NCBI GenBank assembly: GCA_035546615.1
Contig: DASZWM010000003.1
Location: 64,001 to 128,000, forward strand
DNA from: Minisyncoccota bacterium
GTDB lineage: Bacteria > Patescibacteriota > Minisyncoccia > Phycocordibacterales > SBAW01
Reading direction: 5' to 3'
Length of the DNA stretch: 64,000 bases
Part shown: positions 1-9,385 of the stretch, piece after piece
Layout: each line of letters begins with the position of its first letter
Numbering within the stretch: the stretch's first letter is position 1
Made by a program: the position numbers and the translations under genes
Notes under the pieces: generated by a model
Database searches by the model: none
Seen by the model: only the letters and a program-made list of their open reading frames with translations
Told to the model about the DNA's origin: nothing

Positions 1-1
1 C

Positions 2-520
2 ATATACGTACCGCACCGGGAGTCCGGACCGGACAGGATATGGGCCGGCAAGCCCGTGCTCCTGTGCGGAGCGCTGGAGCTCTCCCGCACCGTGGAGGAA
101 AATCTGGCCCAGATCCGCACCCAGGCTATCGACATGGAAGCCGTTCGCCCGTTCGCGGGCGGGAAGAAGCGCTACGCCGTCGAGTTCCTGATGCTCGGGC
201 AGAAGGCGGCCTTCTACGGCGAAGACAGCCTGCGCAGGCAGATACACAAGAGCCGGCTGGCCCAGTGCAAGGGCAAGACGATAGCGCTGTCCCTCGGCTC
301 CCCGGGCCGCGTGCGGGTCATCGCGCGAGGCGTGCTTGAATCAGTGGAGGGCGAGTACGTTACCGTCTCGAGAGGCATCCTCTCGCGGGTGAACGGGCAT
401 CGCATCAGCAGGACCCCGAAGCCGGAGGAGCCGAAGCGCGGCCGCGGCGACCTGTTCTTCAAGCTCCGCAAGGTCGTGGACATTTACCTGCCGGAACCCC
501 CCGCCGAAGCGCCGGCTTAG
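2..520 (+). CDS. hypothetical protein, 3' part (ORF open to window start)
   Basis: Frame stays open from nt 2 to the stop at 518-520. High-GC codon usage. Followed by an intrinsic terminator. No family recognised. Confidence 0.4.
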   Translation: MYVPHRESGPDRIWAGKPVLLCGALELSRTVEENLAQIRTQAIDMEAVRPFAGGKKRYAVEFLMLGQKAAFYGEDSLRRQIHKSRLAQCKGKTIALSLGSPGRVRVIARGVLESVEGEYVTVSRGILSRVNGHRISRTPKPEEPKRGRGDLFFKLRKVVDIYLPEPPAEAPA

Positions 521-541
521 GCGCAGCGAGCACGAACGAAA

Positions 542-572
542 GGCCGCCCTCCAGGAGGGCGGCCTTTTCCTT
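542..572. terminator. rho-independent terminator hairpin (GGCCGCCCT..AGGGCGGCC + TTTTCC)
   Basis: 9-bp GC stem, 5-nt loop and a T-tract directly after the stop of the upstream CDS. It also lies just past the 3' end of the minus-strand gene 586-1455. Confidence 0.5.
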
Positions 573-585
573 TACCTTCTTTAAT

Positions 586-1455
586 TTACCTGCCGAGCAC
601 GAGGCTGCGGCGGATGAAGTCGAACTCGGTGACGAGCTTCGCCTTGTCAAACGCGGTTACCGTGCCCTCCGGATAGTTCCCTAGTTGCGTTGAGTGTATG
701 TAGTAGCGCACCGCGGTGCACGGATTGGTCCCGGGTATGGAGAACACCGCTTCGTCGTAGAGGTTGCCCGCGCCCGCGCCGCTTGAAGTAGCGGCCGAGT
801 AATCGACGCCCGAATCGCTGAAGGTTATCGCCTTGCCGCCGTCCAGGAAGGACGTTGCGAGACACGCGCTATTTCCCGGAAGCCACTCAACGCTGATGTA
901 GGAATCTTTAGACAGGTTGGTGCCTTGCGCGCTCGAGGCGGGAATGGTGAACTTCACGCCCGAAATATTCTTGCCCGGGCCGAGCGCCTGGTACGTATAG
1001 GGCGCGGCCGTGTAGCCCGCCGGGAAGCGGAGGCTGAAGCCCGCGGTCGAGGTCGCGTATACCTGGTTGAGAAGCCCTGTGGCGTCCGGAGCGACCATGA
1101 CGCAGCCGCTGTAGGTCTCCTGCTGGGAGGCGCCCTCCTCTACGAAGGCGGTATTGCCTTTGCCCCAGAAGACGAAGCTCTCGTCCTGATTGGCATAGCG
1201 GATGCCCGAACCCGAAACGGCCTGCGGGAGCGCCATGGTGCGGCCGTCGCTGAGGCTGAGCGCCACGCTCCCCTCAAAAAATGCCGCGCTGATGGAGCGG
1301 CCCGCGTCGCACGCGAATGCGGCGGTCGCGACCGGCTGGGGGCCCGCGGCCGTGTCGGCGGGCGCAGCGGACTTCGTGCCCGCGAAATACCACCACCCTG
1401 CGCCGAGGACGGCGATGAGCGCGACGACGACTATTACTGCTGTTGATGTTTTCAT
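586..1455 (-). CDS. secreted/membrane-anchored hypothetical protein
   Basis: N-terminal hydrophobic segment (MKTSTAVIVVVALIAVLGAGWWY). No recognisable catalytic motif. Confidence 0.5.
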   Translation of the reverse strand: MKTSTAVIVVVALIAVLGAGWWYFAGTKSAAPADTAAGPQPVATAAFACDAGRSISAAFFEGSVALSLSDGRTMALPQAVSGSGIRYANQDESFVFWGKGNTAFVEEGASQQETYSGCVMVAPDATGLLNQVYATSTAGFSLRFPAGYTAAPYTYQALGPGKNISGVKFTIPASSAQGTNLSKDSYISVEWLPGNSACLATSFLDGGKAITFSDSGVDYSAATSSGAGAGNLYDEAVFSIPGTNPCTAVRYYIHSTQLGNYPEGTVTAFDKAKLVTEFDFIRRSLVLGR

Positions 1456-1493
1456 GATGAGAAAATGATAAGTAAATAACTGCCGCCGAGGCG

Positions 1494-1865
1494 CTACCCT
1501 TCAGCCTGCGCCCCTGCGCGTGAAGCGCGCGTGAGCATCAGGGCGAGAGCGATGCCTGCTATAGATACGTCGCGGAAGAGCGTGTCGAAGCCGTGCAGGT
1601 GCGTGCCGACGATAGCGAGCAAGGTCAGCAGGGCCAGCGCGCACGGCCAGATTATCTTCCAGCCTGAGAGTATCCAGAGCGCGATGACGGCCTCGAACAA
1701 CCCGAACCCGTGGAGCAGTACCGCGTCGGGCACGATGCCGTGCATGAAGCCGGGAAAATAGCCGAGCCAGGTGTCCGGATCCCGCAGGGCATCCAGCGGC
1801 GGATACAGGAACGCGAAGGCCAGCGATGCGCGCAAGACCAGATCGCTCAAGCGGCCGAGGTTCAT
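1494..1865 (-). CDS. DoxX-like small integral membrane protein
   Basis: 123 aa with 3-4 TM helices and a DoxX-like pattern (FLYPPLDALRDP..LLHGFGLFEAVIALWIL). Confidence 0.45.
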   Translation of the reverse strand: MNLGRLSDLVLRASLAFAFLYPPLDALRDPDTWLGYFPGFMHGIVPDAVLLHGFGLFEAVIALWILSGWKIIWPCALALLTLLAIVGTHLHGFDTLFRDVSIAGIALALMLTRASRAGAQAEG

Positions 1866-1866
1866 A

Positions 1867-2358
1867 TTATTCTACGACCCTGATAGTCCCGTAATTCTCC
1901 TCGTCGCGGTGGTTGTGATAGTTGAACGAGCCCACCTTGTCGAAGGTGAAGGAGAACGTGTCGCCGGTCGAACACTGATCAAACGGCTTGGAGCCCGCAT
2001 AGTCCGCCGCGCAGTGCTCGGAACGGGTCGTGCCGTCGTAGCCGTCGTGGTCGGGGTGCGGGGCGCTGCCGATCCACATATCGGTACCGCTCCGGTTGAC
2101 CCAGGTAACGGTGCCGCCTTTCTTGATAGTTACGGTCTGGGGCTGGAAAGCGGCAGCGGCGGTATACGTGACGGTTGCTTCCATAGGAGCCTGCGAGACA
2201 TCGCCCAAGCCCTGATCTTCATTCGCGGAACCCGCCGCCGCCTGGGTATCTTCTGCCCCCGGAGCCGGAGTGCCGGTTTGCGACGTGACGTACCAGTATC
2301 CCCCGCCCACGACGATAATGAGGATGGCAAGCATTCCTACAGCTGTTTTTATATCCAT
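1867..2358 (-). CDS. secreted cupredoxin-like domain protein (tentative)
   Basis: N-terminal TM/signal anchor, then a beta-rich domain with His/Cys residues (TVTIKKGGTVTWVN..HNHRDEENYGTIRVVE) resembling a plastocyanin/EfeO-type cupredoxin fold. Confidence 0.4.
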   Translation of the reverse strand: MDIKTAVGMLAILIIVVGGGYWYVTSQTGTPAPGAEDTQAAAGSANEDQGLGDVSQAPMEATVTYTAAAAFQPQTVTIKKGGTVTWVNRSGTDMWIGSAPHPDHDGYDGTTRSEHCAADYAGSKPFDQCSTGDTFSFTFDKVGSFNYHNHRDEENYGTIRVVE

Positions 2359-2424
2359 ATAGTCAAGAGATTACGGGAAGTAATGGACAATGAACGCTAC
2401 ATACTCAAGTATAACACGCGAGCC

Positions 2425-3573
2425 TTATTGGATGAGATTCCAGGTATTCTGGTCTTCCCCGCCGTCGAATTTGAAGAATGCGACGCCCCTGATGCCGAGC
2501 TTTTTGGCGAGCGCTATCTTTTGTGCGATGGCGGTCGAGTCGCTCCACGAAAGGATATTGATGGTCTGAGCGCCTGCGGCGGCGGGACCCGCCGCCGCCG
2601 AGGACGTGCGCACGCCGGCAACGGTCGGCGTAGACGTGGCGAGGTAGGTCAGCTGTAGCTCGCCGGCGCTGTTGCGGATGGGCTTGAGGCCGAGGCTCAT
2701 CGCGAGGTCGGTGCCGTACTTGGGATTGAACGCCCAGAGCCTGCTATAGCTGTAGCCGGAGGTCGGAAGCGGCGTCACGGTGTATTCGTAGCCGTAGGTC
2801 GGGATGCCGAGCACAAGCTTTTTCTTGGAAATGGTCTGCGCGGCCAGAGTCATCACCTTCTCCACCCACGCAACGTCGGCCACGGGAATGTACGGACCTG
2901 CGGCGGTACCATTGAGCTTAACGTCGATGGCGCCCTGGTCGTACGCCATTATCTGCACGCGGTCGCAGTACTTGTTTATCTGCACGAAATCGTTGGCGTA
3001 AACGCCGGCGTCCTTGGGCGGCGTGCCGTCGTAGCGCGAGTCCAGCGGGGTGCGCGACTCGATAGTGCAGTAGACCCACTTCTGCCCCATCCGCTGGTAG
3101 AGGCCCTTGAGGAAGAGCGAGAAATAATCGCGCGTCTCGGCGTATTTGCTTTCGAAATCGATATCGATGCCGTCGAAGCCCTCGCGCACTACGAGCGCCG
3201 CCACGTCGTCCTCGAGCTTCTGGCGCGTCGTTGCGTTTGAAAGGATGCGGTGCATTGAGGCGCCGTCGCTCCACATGATGGTCGGAATATAGCGCACGCC
3301 GTTCTTCTTCGCGGCGGCGCGGAGGCTCTTCCACGGTTCGTCGGCAAAGCCGGTCGGGTCGGACAGGACGCCGGTGTTGGTAACGATGTAGCCGAACGGA
3401 TGCACGGCCGTGAGGCTTGCGATGCGCGGCAATACGTCGGCGGTGCCGGTTGCGGCGCGCCAGTACGGGATCCAGCCGGACACCTCAAGCGCGGACTTGA
3501 GAGGCGCGGCGTGCGCCGCGCCGGGGAGTGCCATGAGAAGGCCGAGTATGGAGAATAGGAAAAAACGCTTCAT
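2425..3573 (-). CDS. glycoside hydrolase family 18 (chitinase-like) secreted protein
   Basis: Signal peptide (MKRFFLFSILGLLMALPGAAHA) and GH18 catalytic motif DGIDIDFE (DxxDxDxE). Confidence 0.7.
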   Translation of the reverse strand: MKRFFLFSILGLLMALPGAAHAAPLKSALEVSGWIPYWRAATGTADVLPRIASLTAVHPFGYIVTNTGVLSDPTGFADEPWKSLRAAAKKNGVRYIPTIMWSDGASMHRILSNATTRQKLEDDVAALVVREGFDGIDIDFESKYAETRDYFSLFLKGLYQRMGQKWVYCTIESRTPLDSRYDGTPPKDAGVYANDFVQINKYCDRVQIMAYDQGAIDVKLNGTAAGPYIPVADVAWVEKVMTLAAQTISKKKLVLGIPTYGYEYTVTPLPTSGYSYSRLWAFNPKYGTDLAMSLGLKPIRNSAGELQLTYLATSTPTVAGVRTSSAAAGPAAAGAQTINILSWSDSTAIAQKIALAKKLGIRGVAFFKFDGGEDQNTWNLIQ

Positions 3574-3640
3574 ATATCCAGTATACGATATGACGCAGGA
3601 ATAAGGGTTTTATTACCCCTCCGGACCAGGAAGCCCGAAA

Positions 3641-4861
3641 CTATCCGACACGGGGACGGCGCCTGCCCAAGAAAAGAACCGCCCACGAAGCGCCTATCAG
3701 GAGAGCGCCGAATATGAATGAGGAGTTGAGACCCACCAGCGCGATAACGCCGCCGCCGAAAACCGGTATGACGCCCTGCGACAGCGCCATGAGCGAGCCG
3801 TTGATGCCGAGCGCCGCGCCCTGCTTTTCGGGCGAGACGCTCTTGCTCACGAGCGCGCCCAGGTTGGCGAAAGAAAGCCCCTGCGGCACCGCCAGTATCG
3901 GCAGGAGCACGTAGAGCCAGAAGGCGCTCGGCATGAAGGGGTACAGCGCGATGGCGCCGCCCACGAGCAGGATGGTGTAGCGGAGTATTGCGCGCTCGCT
4001 GTACTTCCCCGCCACCAGGCGCAGGAGGAAGAGCTGGGTCACGACCATCCAGGCGCCCACGACGCCGAAGAACGTGCCGATGGAGGCTTCGCTGAAGTGG
4101 AACTTGGCCACGAGAAGCACGCCTATAAAGGATACGAAGAACGAAAAGCCCGACATATAGAGGAAGTTCGTGAGGTACACCGGCCGCGCGTCGCGGTCGC
4201 GGAAGGCGTCGCGGATGTTATGAATGCCCTTGAGCCAGTGGAAATGATGCGCGCCGCTCATGGTCTTGTGCGTCTCCGGCAGCATGAGGGAGATGAACAG
4301 GACGTTGATTATGCCGAGGATGCCGGCGAACCAGAACGGGGCCGCCGCGTTATGCGTCGTCTCGGCGATGAAGCCGCCGAGCAAGGGCCCGAGGATGAAG
4401 CCGATGCCGAACGCGGCGCCGATGAGGCCGAAGTTCTTGGCGCGCTCGTTCGGAGCGCTAACATCGGCGATGGCCGCCTGCGCAATGGAGAAGTTGGCGC
4501 CCGCAAGCCCCGCGACCATGCGCGAGACCAGGAGCAGCCAAAGCGACGCTATCTCGATGCCGAAGCCGAAGATGAGCTGGGAGACCGCAAGCACTGCGAC
4601 ACCCAAAGTGAGGAGCTTCTTGCGGCCGTACGCGTCGGATAGCTCGCCCAAAATGGGAGAAGCGATGAACTGCATAAGCCCGAAGAGCGCGGTCAGAAGG
4701 CCCGCCATGAAATACTGAGCCTCTACCGAATAGCCGTGGAGTATAAATGAGGGCGAGGTCGGGTCGGTGAAGAGCACGGGCAATATCGGCACGAGCATGC
4801 CGACGCCTATCATGTCCAGCAGCAGCGTGCTGAACAGCACTATGAGCACTTTTTTCTGCAT
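3641..4861 (-). CDS. MFS transporter (DHA1/TetA-like efflux family)
   Basis: 406 aa with about 12 TM segments and an MFS signature region (GELSDAYGRKKLL). Confidence 0.75.
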   Translation of the reverse strand: MQKKVLIVLFSTLLLDMIGVGMLVPILPVLFTDPTSPSFILHGYSVEAQYFMAGLLTALFGLMQFIASPILGELSDAYGRKKLLTLGVAVLAVSQLIFGFGIEIASLWLLLVSRMVAGLAGANFSIAQAAIADVSAPNERAKNFGLIGAAFGIGFILGPLLGGFIAETTHNAAAPFWFAGILGIINVLFISLMLPETHKTMSGAHHFHWLKGIHNIRDAFRDRDARPVYLTNFLYMSGFSFFVSFIGVLLVAKFHFSEASIGTFFGVVGAWMVVTQLFLLRLVAGKYSERAILRYTILLVGGAIALYPFMPSAFWLYVLLPILAVPQGLSFANLGALVSKSVSPEKQGAALGINGSLMALSQGVIPVFGGGVIALVGLNSSFIFGALLIGASWAVLFLGRRRPRVG

Positions 4862-4876
4862 GATTGGATAGCTACA

Positions 4877-5326
4877 CTATACCCCTTGTTTCGTGATGGC
4901 TGCGAAGTCCGCGCCGCGGCCATCCGCGGCGGTAATGGCTCCGCGCTTGAGCACGAGCTTGTCGCTGTCTTTGAAGACGCCTATTTCCGTTCCCGAAGCG
5001 CCGTTGCGGCAGATGACGCCGGAGAGCTCGCCGGGAAGATACGCGACCGATCTGCCGTTTATCTCGTCGCACTCCCCCGGGTACGCGCCCGCGGGAAGGT
5101 CGACGCCCGCGACATGGAGCACGACGACGGTGGTAGTCGCCTGCGCGCCTGCGGCGGGCACTATCTCAAAATTCCACACGAACTGGCCGCGCAGGGTTTC
5201 GTCGACGAGCGGCTGGGTATGAAAGCTGTAATACGCGAACCATCCGGCAAGTATGACGACCGCCGCCACGGCGGCGATGACGGGCCACTTATACTGCTGG
5301 CCCTGCTCGTTTTGTTCTTCAGACAT
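4877..5326 (-). CDS. membrane-anchored hypothetical protein
   Basis: Single N-terminal TM helix after an acidic N-terminus. No known domain. Confidence 0.4.
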   Translation of the reverse strand: MSEEQNEQGQQYKWPVIAAVAAVVILAGWFAYYSFHTQPLVDETLRGQFVWNFEIVPAAGAQATTTVVVLHVAGVDLPAGAYPGECDEINGRSVAYLPGELSGVICRNGASGTEIGVFKDSDKLVLKRGAITAADGRGADFAAITKQGV

Positions 5327-5377
5327 ATAGTGTGAAAGTGTACGTTACCTAGCCTGTACGATTAATGAACGGTTCAA

Positions 5378-7147
5378 TTACGCGCGGCGCTTTTCCTGCG
5401 GCTTCTTGCGCAGGCGGGTGCTGACCGGCGTTATTTCAAGATACTCGTCTTCGGCCATAACCTCAAGCCCGCGCTCGATGGTAAGGGTGTACGGCGGCAC
5501 CAGATTGATAGCCTCGTCGGAGCCGGAAGCGCGCATGTTGGTAAGCTGCTTGCCCTTGGTCGGGTTCACTTCCATCTCCTCGCCCTTGGAGGTATTGCCG
5601 ATGACCTGGCCCTCATACACTTCGGTCGCGGGGGAAATATAGAGCACGCCGCGGTCCTGGAGGTTCCAGAGGCTGAAGCCAAGCGCCTTGCCTGAGGCCA
5701 TGGACACCATGGAGCCCACGACGCGCTTTTGGATCTCGCCGGCGTACGGGCGGAATTCGATGAAGCGGCTCGAAAGGATGCCTTCGCCCTTGGTGTCGAG
5801 CACGAATTGCGAGCGGTAGCCCAGCAGGCCGCGGGTGGGGCCCTCAAATATCATGCGCACCGTCTCGCTGTGCTGGCGCATATCCTTGAGGATGCACTTG
5901 CGCTGGCCCAGGCGCTCGATGATGGGGCCCTGGAAGTCCACCGGCGTGTCGATGACGATTTCCTCAAACGGCTCGTAGCGGACGCCGTCGCGCTCTTCAA
6001 AAATAACGTGCGGCTGGGAGACCTGGATCTCGTAGCCCTCGCGGCGCATATTCTCCAGGAGAATCGCGATATGGAGCTCGCCGCGGCCGGAGACATGGAA
6101 GGTTTCGGAAGTGCCGAAGTCCACCTGGAGGCCGACGTTGACCTCAAGCTCGTGCTCGAGGCGCTCGCGGATCTGGCGCGAGGTAACGAACTTGCCTTCG
6201 CGGCCCGCGAACGGCGAATTGTTGACGAGGAAGTCCAGCGTAATGGTCGGCTCGTCGATGGCGATGGCCGGAAGCGGCGTGGCCCCGGCGTCGCTGGTAA
6301 CGGTCTCGCCGATGTAGATGTCCGGAAGGCCCGCTACAAGCACGATGTCGCCGGCCTCGGCGCTCGGTATCTCTATCTTCTGGAGGCCCTTGAACGAAAA
6401 GAGTTTCGTTACCTTGCCCTGGCGCATGGCGCCGTCGGGTTTCTTGATGAAAACGCTGTCGCCTACCGACACGGAGCCCTGGTAGATGCGGGCGAACGCG
6501 AGGCGGCCGAGGAAGTTGTCGTAGCCGAGGTTGAACGGCTGCATCATGAGCGCGCCGCCCTGCACCACATCGGCGTTGGCGGGCTTCACGTGCTCCAATA
6601 TTACGTCCAGAAGCGGCATGAGGTCCTTCGAGTCGTCGGCGAGCTTGCGCTTGGCGATACCCTGGCGGCCGATGGCGTACACTACGGGGAAATTGCTCTG
6701 GTCATCGTTTGCGCCGAGCTCGAGGAAGAGCTCCAATACCGCTTCCTCGCACTTGGCGGGATCGGCGGCCGGCTTGTCTATCTTGTTGATGACGACGATA
6801 GGCTTGAGGCCGAGCTCGAGCGACTTCTTGAGCACGAAGCGCGTCTGCGGCATCGGGCCCTCCTGGGCGTCCACGACAAGGAGCACCGAGTCGATGGAGC
6901 GCAGCACGCGCTCGACCTCGGAGCCGAAGTCGGCGTGGCCGGGGGTGTCCACGATGTTTATCTTGGTGCCCTTGTACGGCACCGAGGCGTTCTTTGCGTA
7001 AATAGTGATACCGCGCTCGCGCTCGAGGGTGTTGGAGTCCATAGACACGCCTTCCTCCCCCACGCCGGTCTGCTTAAGCAAAGCGTCGGTTAAGGTGGTC
7101 TTGCCGTGGTCCACGTGCGCGATGATAGCTATATTGCGGATTTCCAT
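5378..7147 (-). CDS. typA: translational GTPase TypA/BipA
   Basis: Motif AHVDHGKTTLTDALL. Full EF-G-like domain order with TypA-specific C-terminus. Start placed at MEIRNIAIIAHV (ATG at 7145-7147) rather than the longer upstream ORF. Confidence 0.9.
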   Translation of the reverse strand: MEIRNIAIIAHVDHGKTTLTDALLKQTGVGEEGVSMDSNTLERERGITIYAKNASVPYKGTKINIVDTPGHADFGSEVERVLRSIDSVLLVVDAQEGPMPQTRFVLKKSLELGLKPIVVINKIDKPAADPAKCEEAVLELFLELGANDDQSNFPVVYAIGRQGIAKRKLADDSKDLMPLLDVILEHVKPANADVVQGGALMMQPFNLGYDNFLGRLAFARIYQGSVSVGDSVFIKKPDGAMRQGKVTKLFSFKGLQKIEIPSAEAGDIVLVAGLPDIYIGETVTSDAGATPLPAIAIDEPTITLDFLVNNSPFAGREGKFVTSRQIRERLEHELEVNVGLQVDFGTSETFHVSGRGELHIAILLENMRREGYEIQVSQPHVIFEERDGVRYEPFEEIVIDTPVDFQGPIIERLGQRKCILKDMRQHSETVRMIFEGPTRGLLGYRSQFVLDTKGEGILSSRFIEFRPYAGEIQKRVVGSMVSMASGKALGFSLWNLQDRGVLYISPATEVYEGQVIGNTSKGEEMEVNPTKGKQLTNMRASGSDEAINLVPPYTLTIERGLEVMAEDEYLEITPVSTRLRKKPQEKRRA

Positions 7148-7469
7148 AGGATTCAATAAAAATCGCCCGCGAGGGGCATATATATAGTATACATCACTTT
7201 CCGCATACAGCAAAGAGCGCCCGGGAGGGCGCTCTTTGCTGTGTTCCCCACGTATGTATCTTAGGAGTTGCGGGACGAGGACGTGTCCGAGCCCGAAGAG
7301 CCGTTGTCGCGGCTGTTATTGGTGCTGCCGGCAGAAGAGCCCTGATCGCTGCCCGTGTTGCGCTTGTCGTCGTTCATATTGTTTGCCATATGATTGTATT
7401 TATTATTGCTTGAATAATTAATACTGTTCGACCTGCACTCAGTCTACAGAACCGACCCTGAAGAGCACA

Positions 7470-7928
7470 TTAAGGCCTCCCGCCCTGCATCTGCGTGGCC
7501 CCTGCGGGCCGTATCTGCACCGACTGCGCGGTAATGCTGCCGTCGCTGTTGCCTGAGCCCGTAACGACGACGCTTGTTCCCGGCGCCAGGTCGTCGAGCG
7601 TACCCGCGGCGCTCTTGGTAACCGCTGTCGAGGCGCTGAGGAGCACTATTTTCGTGCTGCCGTCCGCCATTTTCAGCGTTATGCCAGACGCGTCCCTGGA
7701 AAGGACTTCGCCGGCGGTAAAGCCGCCCCCCACGCGCGCATTCATGCCGCCCTGGAAGCCCGCTCCCCCGCCCGTACCCATGCCGCGGGTGAATGCGGCG
7801 CCCGCGAACTGTCCGCGGCCCTGGCTGCCGCTCTTTGCATACAGCGTGCCGGCCCAGAACGAGGCGCCGACAAGCACGACCGCTATGACGCCCGCGATGA
7901 TCTTCGTATTGTTGCTTATGGTGTTCAT
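7470..7928 (-). CDS. Gly-rich secreted/membrane-anchored hypothetical protein
   Basis: N-terminal TM, Gly-rich low-complexity region (GMGTGGGAGFQGG) and a C-terminal beta-rich segment. Directly downstream of the MacB permease gene. Confidence 0.45.
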   Translation of the reverse strand: MNTISNNTKIIAGVIAVVLVGASFWAGTLYAKSGSQGRGQFAGAAFTRGMGTGGGAGFQGGMNARVGGGFTAGEVLSRDASGITLKMADGSTKIVLLSASTAVTKSAAGTLDDLAPGTSVVVTGSGNSDGSITAQSVQIRPAGATQMQGGRP

Positions 7929-7979
7929 ATTTTTTAATTAGTCCTATTAATTGTCGAATAACATTTCTCTGCGAAAACG

Positions 7980-9215
7980 TTATTCGTACCGCAGCGCCTC
8001 GATTGGGTTAAGCGCTGCCGCGCGGCGCGCCGGGTAGTACCCGAACACGATGCCGATCAAGGCAGATACGCCGAACGCAAGAATGATGGATGTCGGCGAT
8101 ACCGCGGTCTTCACGATGCCGGTCAGATTGACGGCGAAGGATATGCCCCACCCCAGGGCGATGCCGATGACGCCGCCGATAAGCGTCAGCGCGATGGCCT
8201 CGATGAGAAACTGCTTGGTGATGTCGCTCTTTCTCGCGCCTATCGCCTTGCGCAGGCCTATCTCGCGCGTGCGCTCGGTTACCGTCGTGAGCATCATGTT
8301 CATGATGCCGATGCCGCCGACCAGCAAACTGATGCCGCCTATCGCGGCAAGAAGGTACGTCAGGGTGGCCGTGACGCTCGACGCCGACGCGAGGATGTCC
8401 GCCTGGTTAAGCACGCTGAAATCCGCAGCGGTCGCGTCGGAGATATGGTGCCGGTCCAGAAGCAGCGCGGTAATGTCGGCCGAGGCCTGCGTCATGACAT
8501 CGGCGCTTGCGGCCTGCACGTCGATGGATGTCAGGTACTGGTCGCCGGAGAAGTAGCGCTGCGCGCTTTTGACCGGGATGTAGACGATATCGTCGGCGTT
8601 GGTGAATCCGCTGCCGCCCTTGGCCGCGGTAACGCCGATAACCTTGAACTCCATGCCCTTGATGCGGATTATCTTTCCTATCGCGTCCGCCGCCGCCGTG
8701 TCCTCCCCGAACAAGTCGCTTACTACCGTCGGCCCCAGCACCGCCACTTTGGCGGCGGAATCGTTTTGCGTGTCGCTGATGAACGAGCCTTCAGCCACGG
8801 CAATGTTGCGGATAGCCGGATAGCTCGCCGTGGTGCCGTTGACGGTCGTATTGGTATTGGTGCCCTTGGCGGTTATCTGATAGCGGCCGGTTACTTCCTG
8901 CGCGACCGCCTCCACGCCCGAGACCTGCGCGAGTATTGCGTCGGCGTCGGCCGCGGTCAGCGACTTTGCTCCCCCGCGGCCGGCGGAAGCGGTAAAGCCA
9001 CCGGCCATGCGCTGTACCCCCGGCGTTATCTGCAAAAGATTGGAACCCAAGGCGCTGATGCTTGAAGAAATAGACGCCGAAGCGCCGCTGCCTATCGAGA
9101 CCATCGCGATGACGGACGAAATGCCGATAACGATGCCGAGTATAGTGAGCCCGGAGCGGACCTTGTTGGCCGAAAGGGCCGTATAGGTTTCGTGTAAGGT
9201 ATCTTTTAAAGTCAT
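7980..9215 (-). CDS. ABC transporter permease, MacB/FtsX family
   Basis: MacB periplasmic core domain plus C-terminal FtsX 4-TM domain. Start taken at MTLKDTLHETY (ATG 9213-9215). Confidence 0.8.
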   Translation of the reverse strand: MTLKDTLHETYTALSANKVRSGLTILGIVIGISSVIAMVSIGSGASASISSSISALGSNLLQITPGVQRMAGGFTASAGRGGAKSLTAADADAILAQVSGVEAVAQEVTGRYQITAKGTNTNTTVNGTTASYPAIRNIAVAEGSFISDTQNDSAAKVAVLGPTVVSDLFGEDTAAADAIGKIIRIKGMEFKVIGVTAAKGGSGFTNADDIVYIPVKSAQRYFSGDQYLTSIDVQAASADVMTQASADITALLLDRHHISDATAADFSVLNQADILASASSVTATLTYLLAAIGGISLLVGGIGIMNMMLTTVTERTREIGLRKAIGARKSDITKQFLIEAIALTLIGGVIGIALGWGISFAVNLTGIVKTAVSPTSIILAFGVSALIGIVFGYYPARRAAALNPIEALRYE

Positions 9216-9358
9216 GTGTGTATCACTGCGAAAGATGGAAGTGAAATAGGATAGTCGCACCTATACGGTCCCAAGCCCCCGTGGAGGAAGGTTTGGGAAA
9301 CCGAGAGGTTTCCCAGACGGGGGTCGGGGGCTTGGGCGGTATATGTTTCATGGAGGGT
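9216..9358. repeat. palindromic intergenic insert flanked by a duplicated macB 5' end
   Basis: 12-bp inverted repeat CCCAAGCCCCCG / CGGGGGCTTGGG enclosing an inner hairpin. Flanked by two copies of TCTTTTAAAGTCAT (9201-9215 and 9359-9373). The upstream copy re-encodes MTLKDTLHETYT with only synonymous differences. Confidence 0.45.
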
Positions 9359-9385
9359 GTCTTTTAAAGTCATACGAAGAAATTT

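Noticed and set aside
5729-7093. 454-aa plus-strand ORF
   Set aside because: It lies entirely antisense to typA. The Ala/Arg/Gly-rich composition is typical of GC-driven shadow ORFs, and typA has decisive motifs.
7236-7421. 61-aa Cys-rich plus-strand ORF
   Set aside because: It mirrors the opposite-strand small hydrophilic ORF. The composition is a GC artefact with no start context.
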